Of a stretch of DNA of 64,000 nt, positions 11,468-24,291 are shown in pieces. A program made the position numbers and the translations under genes. The stretch spans positions 320,001 through 384,000 of the forward strand of contig CAVUWA010000004.1 in NCBI GenBank assembly GCA_963744995.1, in the 5' to 3' direction. The DNA is from Candidatus Eiseniibacteriota bacterium (GTDB lineage: Bacteria > Eisenbacteria > RBG-16-71-46). Numbering within the stretch: the first letter of the stretch is position 1; each line of letters starts with the position of its first letter. The notes beneath the pieces are model-generated. The model saw only the letters and a program-made list of their open reading frames with translations, was not told where the DNA came from and made no database searches.

Positions 11468-12553
11468 TTAGGGTCGGCGGGGCGGGCCCATGAAACGCAC
11501 TGCGAGCAGCAGCGAACGGAGCCCGAATACCACGATCGCGGCGTACAGCAGAACCCTCATCCCGGACCGCTCCCAGCCTGCAACCGGCGCTCTGTGAGCG
11601 AGTTCGAGAAAACTGTTGAAGCTCAGCACGAGGGCGACGAGGAGGGTGAGCGACAGGGCGAGCTTGAAACCGGTCCAGAGCCGCCACTCGGTGAGCCGGG
11701 GATCGCGGGGCTTGGGCAAATCGCCCCATTTCGATCCGCGGGTGGACGCATTCTGCAATGCCGGGCCTCCGGGCTGCGCCGTCCGGCGCACCACCCAGAG
11801 CCGCGCCGCGCCGAACATGAACGAGCGGGCTCCCACCGGCTCGAAACCCGCGGCGACGAGGTCCGCTTCGAAGTCGCGGCCGTCACCGAACTCGAAGATC
11901 GATTCGCTGAGGTAGCGGTAGGCGCTCGGATCCGGCGAAAGCCGGCCGAGGAGCGGGATGCCGTGGCGCACGTGGAAGGCGTGAAGCGGCGCGAACGGCC
12001 CGCCCGCCGGAGCGGTCGCCTCGAGCACCGCGAGCGTTCCCCCCGGACGGAGCACGCGGGCGATCTCGGCGAGCGCTTCGGCGCGCGGCCGCAGGTTGCG
12101 CAGCCCGAAGGCGACCGTGACCGCGTCGACCGTGCGGTCCGCGAGCGGCATTCGGAACGCATCGGCGCACGCGAAGCGCGGCGCCCAGCCGCCGCCGCCG
12201 TGGGTGTCGCGGGCGTGCTGCAGCATGCCGAAGCTCACGTCGAGGCCGAGCACGGTGCGCGCCGTACGCCGCATGCCGTCGGCCGAGACGCCGTTGCCGG
12301 TGCACAGATCCACGACGACGGTCGCTTCGTCGGGGACCTGCCGCCACATGACCTCGCGCCAGGCCTCGTCGAGGCCGAGCGTCATCAGCCGGTTGAGCAG
12401 GTCGTAGCGGCCGGAGACGTCGTCGAACATTCCGGCCATCTCGCGCGCGGCGCGCGGCTCGAATCGGGCCGCGTGCGCATCGGCTGCGGTCCCGGCGGCG
12501 GAAGCCGGGCTTCCCTCGGGGTCGGCGGTGGGCGTGGGTTCGGATGGGCTCAT
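11468..12553 (-). CDS. UbiE/MenG-family methyltransferase with C-terminal hydrophobic extension
   Basis: MFDDVSGRYDLLNRLMTLGLD, DLCTGNG, FGLRN, RVLRPGG and AYRYLSESI; about 90 extra C-terminal residues with two predicted TM segments. Confidence 0.85.
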   Translation of the reverse strand: MSPSEPTPTADPEGSPASAAGTAADAHAARFEPRAAREMAGMFDDVSGRYDLLNRLMTLGLDEAWREVMWRQVPDEATVVVDLCTGNGVSADGMRRTARTVLGLDVSFGMLQHARDTHGGGGWAPRFACADAFRMPLADRTVDAVTVAFGLRNLRPRAEALAEIARVLRPGGTLAVLEATAPAGGPFAPLHAFHVRHGIPLLGRLSPDPSAYRYLSESIFEFGDGRDFEADLVAAGFEPVGARSFMFGAARLWVVRRTAQPGGPALQNASTRGSKWGDLPKPRDPRLTEWRLWTGFKLALSLTLLVALVLSFNSFLELAHRAPVAGWERSGMRVLLYAAIVVFGLRSLLLAVRFMGPPRRP

Positions 12554-12598
12554 GGGCGCGGATCCGGCGGTGCCGGCGTGCGGGCCGCCGCGGGAAGG

Positions 12599-12675
12599 TG
12601 GTGCGCCCGACAGGAATCGAACCTGTAACCTTTAGCTCCGGAGGCTAACGCTCTATCCAATTGAGCTACGGGCGC
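12599..12675 (-). tRNA. tRNA-Arg(CCG)
   Basis: GCGCCCGTAGCTCAATTGGATAGAGCGTTAGCCTCCGGAGCTAAAGGTTACAGGTTCGATTCCTGTCGGGCGCACCA: cloverleaf, anticodon CCG, encoded CCA. Confidence 0.97.
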
Positions 12676-12731
12676 GCGGCCGGTGTTTATAGCACAGGGC
12701 GCCGGGCGGCGTCACGGCGCGCCCGCGCCTC

Positions 12732-12943
12732 TGTAGTGAGCAAGACTATCTGTCCGCTTTTGGGCGGGCAGGGGTGGCCGCTCCCCTTAGCACCTCGATC
12801 GGACCCACTCGATCTGGTGGGGACCCCGTTGCCTCGGGCGGTTCGACGCCCGCGGCAGGACCATGAAAGAGGCCGCAAAACTTGCCGCCTGAAAGCGGAC
12901 AGATAGTCGTGTCAAAAGCGGTCACTTAGTCTTGCCAACAACA
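12732..12943. mobile_element. 212-bp MITE-like non-autonomous element (TGT...ACA ends, 30-bp imperfect TIRs, 16-bp flanking direct repeat)
   Basis: Left TIR TGTAGTGAGCAAGACTATCTGTCCGCTTTT (12732-12761) matches the right TIR reverse complement TGTTGTTGGCAAGACTAAGTGACCGCTTTT (12914-12943) at 24/30. An extra internal copy lies at 12892-12908. GGCGCGCCCGCGCCTC is duplicated at 12716-12731 and 12944-12959. Confidence 0.85.
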
Positions 12944-12975
12944 GGCGCGCCCGCGCCTCCACGCACCGGTCTGCG

Positions 12976-14181
12976 TCAGGCGCCCGGCTCCTTCCCCAGC
13001 ACCCGCAGCACCTCGCTCACGTCCTTGTCGCCGCGCCCCGACAGATTGACGATCACCCTGGCGTCGCGGCCGAGCGCCCTGCCCTCGCGCAGCACCCAGG
13101 CGAGCGCGTGCGAGGACTCGAGCGCCGGCAGGATGCCCTCGAGGCGCGAGAGCTGCTGCAGGGCGTCGAGCGCCTCGGCATCGGTCGCCGACGGGTACTC
13201 GGCGAGGCCCTGCTCGGCGAGCCAGGCGTGCTCGGGGCCGAGCGCCGGGTAGTCGAGCCCGGCCGACACGGAATGGGTCTCGCGGATCATGCCGTTGGCA
13301 TCCTGCAGCACCAGCGTGCGCGTCCCATGCAGCACCCCGACGTTGTGCTCGGGAATGCGTGCCGCGTGGCGCCCGCTGGCCAGCCCCTCGCCCGCCGCCT
13401 CGACGCCGACCTTGCGCACGGCCCGGTCGCCGAGGAACGCGTGGAACAGCCCGATCGCGTTGCTGCCGCCGCCCACGCATGCGACCAGCACGTCGGGCCG
13501 CCCGCCCGCCTGCGCCTCGAACTGCGCGCGGGCCTCCTCCCCGATCACCCGATGGAAGTCGCGCACCATGGTCGGAAACGGATGCGGGCCGAGCACCGAG
13601 CCCAGCACGTAGTGCGTGTCCTGCACGCGCGTCACCCAGTCGCGCATCGCCTCGTTGATCGCGTCCTTCAAGGTGCGGCTGCCCGCGTCCACGCCGCGCA
13701 CCTCGGCGCCGAGCAGCTTCATGCGCTCGACGTTCAGGTGCTGGCGCCGCTCGTCTTCGGTGCCCATGTAGACGACGCACTCGAGGCCGAAGCGCGCCGC
13801 CGCGGCGGCGGTCGCGACGCCGTGCTGGCCGGCGCCGGTTTCGGCGATCACCCGCGGCTTGCCCATGCGTACGGTGAGCAGGCACTGGCCGATGGTGTTG
13901 TTGATCTTGTGGGCGCCGGTGTGGAGCAGATCCTCGCGTTTGAGGAACACGCGGCAGCCCGCGGCTTCGGAGAAGCGCCGCGCTTCGATCAGCGGCGTCG
14001 GCCGGCCGGCGAAGTCGCGCAGCGTGGCGGCGAGCTCGGCTTCGAAGGCTTTGTCGGCACGCGCGCGGCGGTACTCGCGTTCGAGCTCGTCGAGCGCGTG
14101 GACCAGGGTCTCGGGCACGAAGCGGCCGCCGTAGGGGCCGAAGTGGCCGGTGTCGTCGGGACTGGTCGGGGTCGCGCTCAT
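12976..14181 (-). CDS. trpB: Tryptophan synthase beta chain
   Basis: [38 protein letters not shown] and [12 protein letters not shown] at 14181 with SD GAGGAG. Confidence 0.97.
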   Translation of the reverse strand: MSATPTSPDDTGHFGPYGGRFVPETLVHALDELEREYRRARADKAFEAELAATLRDFAGRPTPLIEARRFSEAAGCRVFLKREDLLHTGAHKINNTIGQCLLTVRMGKPRVIAETGAGQHGVATAAAAARFGLECVVYMGTEDERRQHLNVERMKLLGAEVRGVDAGSRTLKDAINEAMRDWVTRVQDTHYVLGSVLGPHPFPTMVRDFHRVIGEEARAQFEAQAGGRPDVLVACVGGGSNAIGLFHAFLGDRAVRKVGVEAAGEGLASGRHAARIPEHNVGVLHGTRTLVLQDANGMIRETHSVSAGLDYPALGPEHAWLAEQGLAEYPSATDAEALDALQQLSRLEGILPALESSHALAWVLREGRALGRDARVIVNLSGRGDKDVSEVLRVLGKEPGA

Positions 14182-14828
14182 GGCTCCTCGGGGGCGTGGG
14201 TCCGTTCCCAGTTTCGCACGGCGGCGACGTAACGGCGAACCCGTTCGGCGTCCTTCACCCCGGGCGCCGACTCGAGGCGCGACGACGCATCCACGCCGAA
14301 GGCGCGCACGGCGTCGAGCGCGTCGGCGACGTTGTCCGCGTGGAGCCCGCCTGCGAGCATCACCCGGCGCGCCGTGCACAGGGTGCGCGCCGCGCGCCAC
14401 GGAAAGACACGCCCGCTGCCCCCGGCGCGCACCGCGTCGGCCGTGTCGAGCATCAGCAGATGCTGCGCCGCCGGCGGGGCGCCCGCGAGCCGGCCGTCCG
14501 CACCGACCGGCACGACGAACGCCGCCTCGAGCGGAAAGTCCGCGGGCCAGGCGGCCGGATCCACGCGGTGCAGCTGCACCCGCTTCACCCCCGCGCGCTC
14601 GGCCAGCCCCAGCGCCTCGTCGGGGCCCACGCCCACCATCACCGCGACGCCGGTCGCGGCCGGGAATTCGGCCAGGCATTCGGCGGCCCGGCCCGGATCC
14701 ACGGCGCGCGGGCTCACGCCCCTGACGATGAAGCCCAGCCAGTCGGCGCCCGCGGCGACGGCGACGCGCACGTCCTCGGCCCGGGTGAGGCCGCAGACCT
14801 TGACGACGATGCGGGCGCCCGCGCTCAT
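14178..14828 (-). CDS. trpF: Phosphoribosylanthranilate isomerase
   Basis: [25 protein letters not shown] and [19 protein letters not shown] at 14828. Confidence 0.93.
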   Translation of the reverse strand: MSAGARIVVKVCGLTRAEDVRVAVAAGADWLGFIVRGVSPRAVDPGRAAECLAEFPAATGVAVMVGVGPDEALGLAERAGVKRVQLHRVDPAAWPADFPLEAAFVVPVGADGRLAGAPPAAQHLLMLDTADAVRAGGSGRVFPWRAARTLCTARRVMLAGGLHADNVADALDAVRAFGVDASSRLESAPGVKDAERVRRYVAAVRNWERTHAPEEP

Positions 14829-15631
14829 CCGCGCGCGGCGGCGGCCAGGGTCTTCAGCGTGGCGGCCGGATCGGCGCTGGTCATGAACACTTCGCCCATC
14901 AGGGCGGCGTCGCAGCGCGTCGCCCGCAGGCGGGTCAGGTCGCCGGGGTCGGAGAGTCCGCTCTCGGCCACCGCGGTGACCATCGGCGGCACGTGCGGCA
15001 GCAGCCGGAGCGAGGTCTCGAGGTCGACTTCGAAAGTGTGGAGATTCCGGTTGTTGATGCCGACCAGCGTGGCGCCCGCCCGCACCGCGCGCATGAGCTC
15101 GACGTCGTCGTGCACCTCGACCAGCGGGTCGAGCCCGAGCAGCTTGGCGTCGCCCGTGAGCTTCTGCAGCTGGACGTCGGACAGCATCGCTGCGAGCAGC
15201 AGCACGCCGTCCGCGCCGCGCACCGCGGCGTCGAGCAACTGGTAGGGATCGAGCACGAAGTCCTTGACGAGCAGCGGCAGCCGCGTGACCGGGCGGACGC
15301 GATCGACCCACTCGAGCTCGCCCTGGAAGTGGTCGGGCTCGGTGACCAGCGAGATCGCCGCGGCGCCGCCGGCCTCGTAGACCTGCGCCATGGCCGGTGG
15401 ATCGACGGAGGCGTTCAGGACCCCCCTGGAGGGCGAAGCGCGCTTCACCTCGCAGAGCAGCCGCAGCGGTTCCGTCGCGGCGCCGCGACGCAGCGCGCGT
15501 TCCAGGCGTCCGGCGGGGGGCGCGGAGCCCAGCCGCTCGCGCAGCACGTACGCGGGCACCCGCGCGGCCAGCTCCTGAATCCGGCGCGCGCGGTCGGCCG
15601 CGATGCGTTCGAGGAACGAGGCGTCAGCCAC
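14825..15631 (-). CDS. trpC: Indole-3-glycerol phosphate synthase
   Basis: [32 protein letters not shown] and AESG motifs. Confidence 0.95.
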   Translation of the reverse strand: MADASFLERIAADRARRIQELAARVPAYVLRERLGSAPPAGRLERALRRGAATEPLRLLCEVKRASPSRGVLNASVDPPAMAQVYEAGGAAAISLVTEPDHFQGELEWVDRVRPVTRLPLLVKDFVLDPYQLLDAAVRGADGVLLLAAMLSDVQLQKLTGDAKLLGLDPLVEVHDDVELMRAVRAGATLVGINNRNLHTFEVDLETSLRLLPHVPPMVTAVAESGLSDPGDLTRLRATRCDAALMGEVFMTSADPAATLKTLAAAARG

Positions 15632-16627
15632 GGAAGTTCGCGAGGTCCGCGAGCTTGGCTGCGGCCTTCCCCGAATCGAGCGCCTCCTGCGCCCGGCCGA
15701 TGCCTTCCTCGAGGCCCGGCACCACGCCGGCCACGACCAGTGCCGCGGCGGTGTTGAGCACCACGATGTCGCGCGCCGCGCCCTTCTCGCCGGCGAAGAT
15801 CGCGCGCACGCGCTCGGCGTTCATGCGCGCGGTGCCGCCGGCGATCCCGGCATGGTCTTCGTGCGCCAGCCCGAACGCCGCCGGATCGACCTCGAACTCG
15901 CGGACCTGGCCGTCGGAGAGCTCGGCGACGTGGGTCTTGTCGAACACCGTGAGTTCGTCCATGCCGTCGCGACCGTGCACGACCCAGGCGCGTTCGCTGC
16001 CGAGCTCCTTGAGGACCTGCACGACCGTCGGCACGAGCTCGTCGGCGAACACGCCGAGGAGCTGGCGCTTGGCCCCTGCCGGATTGGTGAGCGGTCCGAG
16101 AATGTTGAAGACCGTACGCACCATGATCTCGCGCCGCGGCCCGGCGGCGTGACGCAGCGCGGTGTGGTAGTTGGGCGCGAACAGGAAGGTGATGCCGAGC
16201 AGATCCAGCGAGCGCGCGGCCTTCCCGGGGGTGATGTCGAGCTTGACCCCGAGCGCCTCGAGGACATCGGCGCTGCCGGTGCGGCTGGAGACGGCGCGGT
16301 TGCCGTGCTTGGCGACGGCCACGCCGCAGGAGGCGGTGGCGATCGCGACCGTCGTCGAGATGTTGAAGCTGCCGGACTTGTCACCGCCGGTGCCGCAGGT
16401 GTCGAGGAGCGGCGCGCGCTTGGTGCGGATCGGCGGAACGCGGGCGCGCATGGCTTCGGCCATGCCGGCGATCTCGTCGGGGGTCTCCCCCTTCATGCGC
16501 AGCGCGACGGCGAACGCCGCGATCTGGGCGGGGGTCGCCTGACCGGCCAGCACCTGCTCCATGCTGGTCCGGGCCAGCTCGCGCGAGAGGTCCTTCCTGA
16601 ATACGGCTTCGGCAATGGCGGTCTGAA

Positions 16628-16631
<4 letters not shown>
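15624..16631 (-). CDS. trpD: Anthranilate phosphoribosyltransferase
   Basis: [29 protein letters not shown] and [16 protein letters not shown] start overlaps the trpG stop. Confidence 0.96.
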
Positions 16632-17214
<583 letters not shown>

Positions 17215-17218
<4 letters not shown>

Positions 17219-18677
17219 TCGGGCCCCCGTTCGGCACGCTGCACGGCCAGCCACAGCGCGCGCCCTTTGTTCAGGGTTTCTTCCCACTCCCGCGCGGGAT
17301 CCGAATCCGCCACGATCCCCGCACCCACGCCCCAGTGCGCCTGGCCGCCGGAATAGACCAGCGTGCGGATCGTGATCGCGAGGTCGAGATTGCCATGGTA
17401 ATCGAAATGGCCCACGGCGCCCGCATAGGCGCCCCGCCGCACGGGCTCCAGGGCGTCGATGATCTCCATGGCCCGCACCTTCGGGGCTCCCGACACGGTG
17501 CCCGCCGGGAAGCACGCGCGCACGATGTCGATGGGGCGCTGGTCGGCGCCGAGCCGCCCGCGCACGTTGGACACCAGGTGCATCACCTGCGAATAGCGCT
17601 CGACGGTCATGTATTCGTTGGTCTCGACGGTGCCGAATTCGGCGACGCGGCCGACGTCGTTGCGGCCGAGGTCCACGAGCATCACGTGCTCGGCGCGTTC
17701 CTTCTCGTCGGCGAGCAGCTCCTCCTCGAGGCGGCGGTCTTCGTCCGCCGTCCGCCCGCGCGGCCGCGTGCCGGCGATCGGCCGCACCTCGACCACGCTG
17801 TCGGTGCGCCGCACCAGCACCTCCGGCGAGGAGCCGACCAGGGCGAGGTCGCCGAGCTTGAGGAAGTACATGTACGGCGACGGATTGGTGACCCGCAGCG
17901 CGCGGTAGCCCTCGAACGCGGGCTGCACGACGTCGGCGGTCATGCGGTGGCTCAGAACCACCTGGAAGATGTCGCCGGCGCGGATGTGCTCCTTCGCGGT
18001 CTCCACCGCGCGCATGAAGTCTGCGCGGCTGACCGACGATGTCGGTTCGGCGGGCGCCCCGCCCCCGGCGGCATCGGTCCAGGCGAGCGGCCGCGCGAGA
18101 CGCTGGACCTCTTCGTCGATCCGCCTGACCGCCGCCGCGTATGCCGCATCGGGATCCTCGCCCGCGCGCGCGTGGGTCACGACCTTCATCGTATGGGTCA
18201 GGTTGTCGAACACGCTGACCACGTCGCCGAACAGGAACACCGCATCCGGGAAGTCCTGGTCGCGGCGCGCATGCGCGGGGAGCTTCTCGAACCAGCGTAC
18301 GGCGTCGTAGCCGAGGTAGCCGACCGCGCCGCCGCAGAAACGCGGCAGCCCGGGCAGCGCGACGGCCTGGTGAGCCTCGAGCAGGCGGCCGAGCACCTCG
18401 ATCGGCGGCCCCTCCTCGTGCGTCACATGGTCGCCGCGCCGCACCTCGCAGGTGTCGCCGCGTGCGGTGAAGACCAGCGAGGGGCGGCTGCCGAGCAGCG
18501 AATAGCGCCCCCACTTCTCGCCGCCCTCGACGCTCTCCAGCAGGAACGAGTAGGCGCCTTCGTCGATCTTGCGGAACGCCGAGACCGGCGTTTCGTGATC
18601 GGCGACGACCTCCCGGTACACCGGGACGAGCTTGCCGCCGCGGGCCAGGGCGCGAAATTCGGAGAGACTCGGAACGA

Positions 18678-18681
<4 letters not shown>
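17215..18681 (-). CDS. trpE: Anthranilate synthase component I
   Basis: [43 protein letters not shown] and [11 protein letters not shown] 18681 overlaps the recN stop. Confidence 0.96.
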
Positions 18682-20375
<1,694 letters not shown>

Positions 20376-20377
20376 GG

Positions 20378-21250
20378 CTACATGCTCCGCCTCGCGCTGC
20401 CCTGCCAGCCGAGTTTCATCTGCAGCGCTTTGGCGAACGGCAGCCCCGGGTTCACGATGACGCGCACGCGCGGGCGCTCGAGTCTGAGCTCGATCTCGTC
20501 GCCCTTCTCGAGGGTCACGCTCTCCTGCCCGTCGAACAGGACGACCGTGCGGTCGATGGCATGGATGAAGCGCGCGGTGACCGTGGCGCCGGGCGGCAGC
20601 ACCAGCGAACGACTGGCGATCGAGTGGGCGCATACCGGGGTCACGATCAGCGCCTCGACGTCGGGAGCGGCCACCGGGCCGCCGGCGGACAGCGAATAGG
20701 CCGTCGAGCCGGAGGCGCTCGCCGCGATCAATCCGTCGCCGACGAGGTGGCCGAGCGGGGCACCCATCGCCTCGAGGTCCAGGTGGATCGCCGCGTAGCT
20801 GCCTTTGACCGCGACCTCGTTGAGCGCGCGGCCGCGGTGGATGCGGCGCCCCGCGCGCCGCACGATCGCGCCGACCACACGGCGCGGCTGGATCGGCCAG
20901 CGCCCCGCAACGGTTTCGCGCAGCGCGAGCATCAGGTCCTTCTCGTCGGCGACCGTGAGGAAGCCGAGTCCCCCGTAGTTGACCGGCAGCAGCACGCCCT
21001 TGCGTCCGATGAGCGCGCGCGCGCCCATCAGTGCGGTACCGTCCCCGCCGAGCGTGACCATCACCTGGCACCAGCGCGCGAGCTCGTCGATGTCGTGTCC
21101 GGCGCGGCGCATCGTCGACGCGAGTCCCGCGTGGACGCGAACCTCGCAGCCGCGGCGTGCGAGGTAGCGCCGGGCGTTGGCCGCGGCTCTGGCGACGCCG
21201 GCCCGCCGCGTGTGACCCACGATGGCGACGCGGCGCTTCCCGCGGGTCAT
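20378..21250 (-). CDS. nadK: NAD kinase
   Basis: LGGDGT, GGLGFLT, ALNE, DGLIAASASGSTAYSLSAGGP and C-terminal KLGW. Confidence 0.93.
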   Translation of the reverse strand: MTRGKRRVAIVGHTRRAGVARAAANARRYLARRGCEVRVHAGLASTMRRAGHDIDELARWCQVMVTLGGDGTALMGARALIGRKGVLLPVNYGGLGFLTVADEKDLMLALRETVAGRWPIQPRRVVGAIVRRAGRRIHRGRALNEVAVKGSYAAIHLDLEAMGAPLGHLVGDGLIAASASGSTAYSLSAGGPVAAPDVEALIVTPVCAHSIASRSLVLPPGATVTARFIHAIDRTVVLFDGQESVTLEKGDEIELRLERPRVRVIVNPGLPFAKALQMKLGWQGSARRSM

Positions 21251-23142
21251 GCGAACTGGCGCTGGGCGGCGCGGAGCCAGTCGTGCGCCCGGCGCGCGAT
21301 TCCCTCCGCGTCGAGGCCGACCTCGTGGAGGAGCGCGTCGCGCTTGCCGTGTGCCACGAACGCTTCGGGCAGCCCGATGCGCAGCAGCGGCGTCGTCGCC
21401 AGATCGTGCCGCTCCAGGCACTCGTGCACGGCGCTGCCGAAGCCGCCCGCGAGCACGTTCTCCTCGACCGTGATCAGGCGTCCGACCGAGCGCGCGAGGC
21501 CGGCGATCGCGCGTTCGTCGACCGGGCTCGCGAAGCGCGCGTTGACGACCGTGGCGGAAACTCCCTGCGCGGCGAGCGTCTCGGCGGCGTCGAGCGCCGG
21601 CTGCACCATCGTGCCCAGCGCCAGGATCGCCACGTCGCCGCCCGCGCGCAACTGCTCGGACACGCCGATTTCGAGCAGGCGCGGCGCGTGCACCGGCAGC
21701 TCGTCCTCGGGGATCGCGGCGCGCGGATAGCGCACGGCCACCGTGCCGCCCTGATAGTGCGCGGCGGTCCACAGCATGTCGCGCAGCTCCGTGCCGCTCA
21801 TGGGCTGCATGAGCACGGTGCCGGGGATCATGCGCAGGAAGCCGATGTCGTAGGCGCCGTGCTGCGGGGCGCCGTCCTCGCCCACCAGCCCGGCGCGGTC
21901 CACGCACAGCACGATGCCGAGTCCCTGGACCGCGACGTCGTGGATCACCTGATCGAAACCGCGCTGCAGGAACGTCGAGTAGATCGCGGTGAGCGGCCGG
22001 ATGCCCGCCGAGGCGAGGCCGCCCGAAAACGTCACCGCGTGCTCCTCGGCCATGCCGACGTCGAAGAACCGCTTCGGGAAGCGCTTCGAGAACGGCACGA
22101 GGCCGGTGCCGTCGGTCATCGCCGCGGTCACCGCGACCGCCTCCGGCATCGCCGCGGCGATGTCGATCGCGGTGCGGCCGAAGACGTGCGTGTAGGTCGG
22201 CTTCGAGCCCTTCGCGCTGGCGCCCGTTTCGGGGTCGAACGTGCCGATGCCGTGGAACTTCGTGCGGTCGCCCTCGGCCGGACCGTAGCCGCGACCCTTG
22301 CGCGTCACGACGTGCAGCAGCACCGGCTCGTCGAAACGGCGCAGATCGCTGAGCGTCTCCTCGAGCACGTCGTAGTCATGCCCGTCGATCGGGCCGAAAT
22401 ACTTGATGCCAAGCTCCTCGAACAGCACGCCCGGAACGACCAGACCCTGCAGGCCTTCCTTGATGCGGCTCGCCATCTCGCGCGCGGTCTTGCCGAGGCG
22501 CTGCGGCAGCCTGCCGAGCAGATCCCACACGTCGCGCTCGAGGCCCATGTACATGCGGCTCGTGGTGAGCTTGGTCAGATAGCGGTGCATGGCGCCGATG
22601 TTGGGCGAGATGCTCATCTCGTTGTCGTTGAGGATGATGATCATCCGCTTGCGCAGCTCGCCGACGTTGTTGAGACCCTCGAACGCCATGCCGCCGGTGA
22701 GCGCGCCGTCGCCGATCACGGCGATCACGTGATGCTTCTCCCCGCGCAGATCGCGCGCGACCGCCATGCCGAGCGCCGCGGAGATCGACGTGCTGCCGTG
22801 GCAGGTGCCGAACGGATCGTGTTCGCTCTCGGCTCGATTCGGGTACCCGGCGAGGCCGTGGCGCTGGCGCAGCGTGCCGAACCGGTCGTAGCGGCCGGTG
22901 AGCAGCTTGTGCGGATACGACTGGTGGCCGACGTCCCAGACGATGCGGTCGGCGGGCGAGTCGAACACGCGGTGCAGCGCCATCGCCAGCTCCACGACGC
23001 CCAGGTTCGGGGCGAGGTGGCCGGCGTTGCGCGCGACGGTCTGAACGATGACATGGCGCATCTCGGCCGCCAGCTCGTCGAGCTCGGCGCGTGACAGCTT
23101 TTTGAGGTCGTCCGGGGAGTGAATGTTCTCGAGCAGGCTCAT
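21247..23142 (-). CDS. dxs: 1-deoxy-D-xylulose-5-phosphate synthase
   Basis: WDVGHQSYPHKLLTGR, GDGALTGGMAFE, NDNEMSI and DRAGLVGEDG. Confidence 0.97.
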   Translation of the reverse strand: MSLLENIHSPDDLKKLSRAELDELAAEMRHVIVQTVARNAGHLAPNLGVVELAMALHRVFDSPADRIVWDVGHQSYPHKLLTGRYDRFGTLRQRHGLAGYPNRAESEHDPFGTCHGSTSISAALGMAVARDLRGEKHHVIAVIGDGALTGGMAFEGLNNVGELRKRMIIILNDNEMSISPNIGAMHRYLTKLTTSRMYMGLERDVWDLLGRLPQRLGKTAREMASRIKEGLQGLVVPGVLFEELGIKYFGPIDGHDYDVLEETLSDLRRFDEPVLLHVVTRKGRGYGPAEGDRTKFHGIGTFDPETGASAKGSKPTYTHVFGRTAIDIAAAMPEAVAVTAAMTDGTGLVPFSKRFPKRFFDVGMAEEHAVTFSGGLASAGIRPLTAIYSTFLQRGFDQVIHDVAVQGLGIVLCVDRAGLVGEDGAPQHGAYDIGFLRMIPGTVLMQPMSGTELRDMLWTAAHYQGGTVAVRYPRAAIPEDELPVHAPRLLEIGVSEQLRAGGDVAILALGTMVQPALDAAETLAAQGVSATVVNARFASPVDERAIAGLARSVGRLITVEENVLAGGFGSAVHECLERHDLATTPLLRIGLPEAFVAHGKRDALLHEVGLDAEGIARRAHDWLRAAQRQFA

Positions 23143-23567
23143 CAGCGGATCCAGTGCCAGAGGAGCGCGGCGCCGACGCCGAGCAGGGCGCCGACCAGCA
23201 CCTCGAGCGGGGTGTGCCCCAGCAGCTCCATGAGCTTCTGGGTGTCTTCCTCCGGGTGCTTGAAATGCTCGTCGATGAGGCGGTTGAGAATGGCCGCCTG
23301 CCGGCCCGCAGCGCGGCGCAAACCTGCCGCATCATACATGACGATCAGGCTGAAAAACAGCGTGGCGCCGAACACGCCGGAGCGGAATCCCTCGCTGAGG
23401 CCGATCGAGGTGGAGAGGGCCGCGACCGAGGCGGCGTGCGAGCTCGGCATGCCGCCGGTGCCGACGAAACGCTGCAGATCCCACCGTCCGAGGGCGAAAT
23501 AGGCGCGAAATCCCTTGTAGCCCTGGACCGCGAAGCCGGTCCCGAGTGCGAGCCAGAACGATTCCGT
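23142..23567 (-). CDS. Divergent PAP2 / DUF212 membrane protein
   Basis: GGMPSSH, VMYDAAGLRRAAG and LLGHTPLEV. The frame extends upstream to an ACG codon at 23567 that follows SD GAGGTG; an in-frame TGA lies just upstream. Confidence 0.88.
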   Translation of the reverse strand, partial: TESFWLALGTGFAVQGYKGFRAYFALGRWDLQRFVGTGGMPSSHAASVAALSTSIGLSEGFRSGVFGATLFFSLIVMYDAAGLRRAAGRQAAILNRLIDEHFKHPEEDTQKLMELLGHTPLEVLVGALLGVGAALLWHWIR

Positions 23568-23682
23568 AGGTCACCTCGCGTGGCGTGTGGAGGCCATCCC
23601 TGAACTCTGGGCGCGCACGATACGGACGGCCGCCGGACGGCGCAACCCGGCGACGGGATCGGGCATCGCCCCGGCGGAGGCA

Positions 23683-24228
23683 TCAGCCGACCGGGCGCTC
23701 GTAATCCAGTTCATCGGCGAGCGCTCCGTGGATCACTTCCGCGCCCCGGCGCAGGGCGCCCCGCTCGAAGCCCAGCGATTCGAGCAGGGCGATCGAACGG
23801 CGATTTCGCGGATCCACCGTCGCGCGGACGGTTCGTACGCCCCATGCCTGCCCCAGATGCGCGATCAGCGAGGCGACCGCCTCCCGCGCCAGGCCCCGGC
23901 CCCACGCCTCGACGAACAGCACGTACGCCACGTGCGCCGTTCCGTCGGCATGGACGGTGGCCTGCACCCACCCGACGTGCACCCCGTCGGCGTGCGAGCG
24001 CAGGGCCCAGTTGAGCCATGCCTCGCGCCCGTCCGGCGAGACGCGCGAAGAGAGCCGGCGATAGCGCCGGCGCAGGGCTGCGACCGACTGCGGCGGGGTT
24101 TCCGCGATGAATGCATAGAGTTCCTCGCGCTGGAGTGCCCGGAACAGCAGCGGCGCGTGCGACGCCTCGAGCGGTTCGAGCCGCAGCCGCAGTGTGTCGA
24201 GCGCCTTCATGACGGGCGGCGGGCTCAC
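23683..24228 (-). CDS. GNAT N-acetyltransferase (RimJ/RimL-like)
   Basis: TLRLRLEPL, WGRGLAREAV and NRRSIALLESLGF. Confidence 0.85.
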   Translation of the reverse strand: MSPPPVMKALDTLRLRLEPLEASHAPLLFRALQREELYAFIAETPPQSVAALRRRYRRLSSRVSPDGREAWLNWALRSHADGVHVGWVQATVHADGTAHVAYVLFVEAWGRGLAREAVASLIAHLGQAWGVRTVRATVDPRNRRSIALLESLGFERGALRRGAEVIHGALADELDYERPVG

Positions 24229-24291
24229 GTGACGCGCTCCGGCGGCATGGCGTGATGCACGCGGTTCGAGGAGGGTCGGGGCCGCGGCCCG

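Noticed and set aside
12599..12675. tRNA-Arg or tRNA-Val as a prophage/island attachment site
   Set aside because: No integrase is present and I saw no duplicated tRNA 3' end in the window. The MITE lies on the 5' side of the tRNA.
12732..12943. CRISPR array or small ORFs (12661..12906, 12687..12878) in the repeat region
   Set aside because: The repeats are inverted and terminal with no spacer periodicity and there are no cas genes. The short ORFs lack recognisable features.
23570..23597. TGA readthrough (selenocysteine) extending the DUF212 gene to ATG 23597
   Set aside because: The TGA is part of the SD-like GAGGTGA, the upstream residues look non-conserved, and I saw no evident SECIS.
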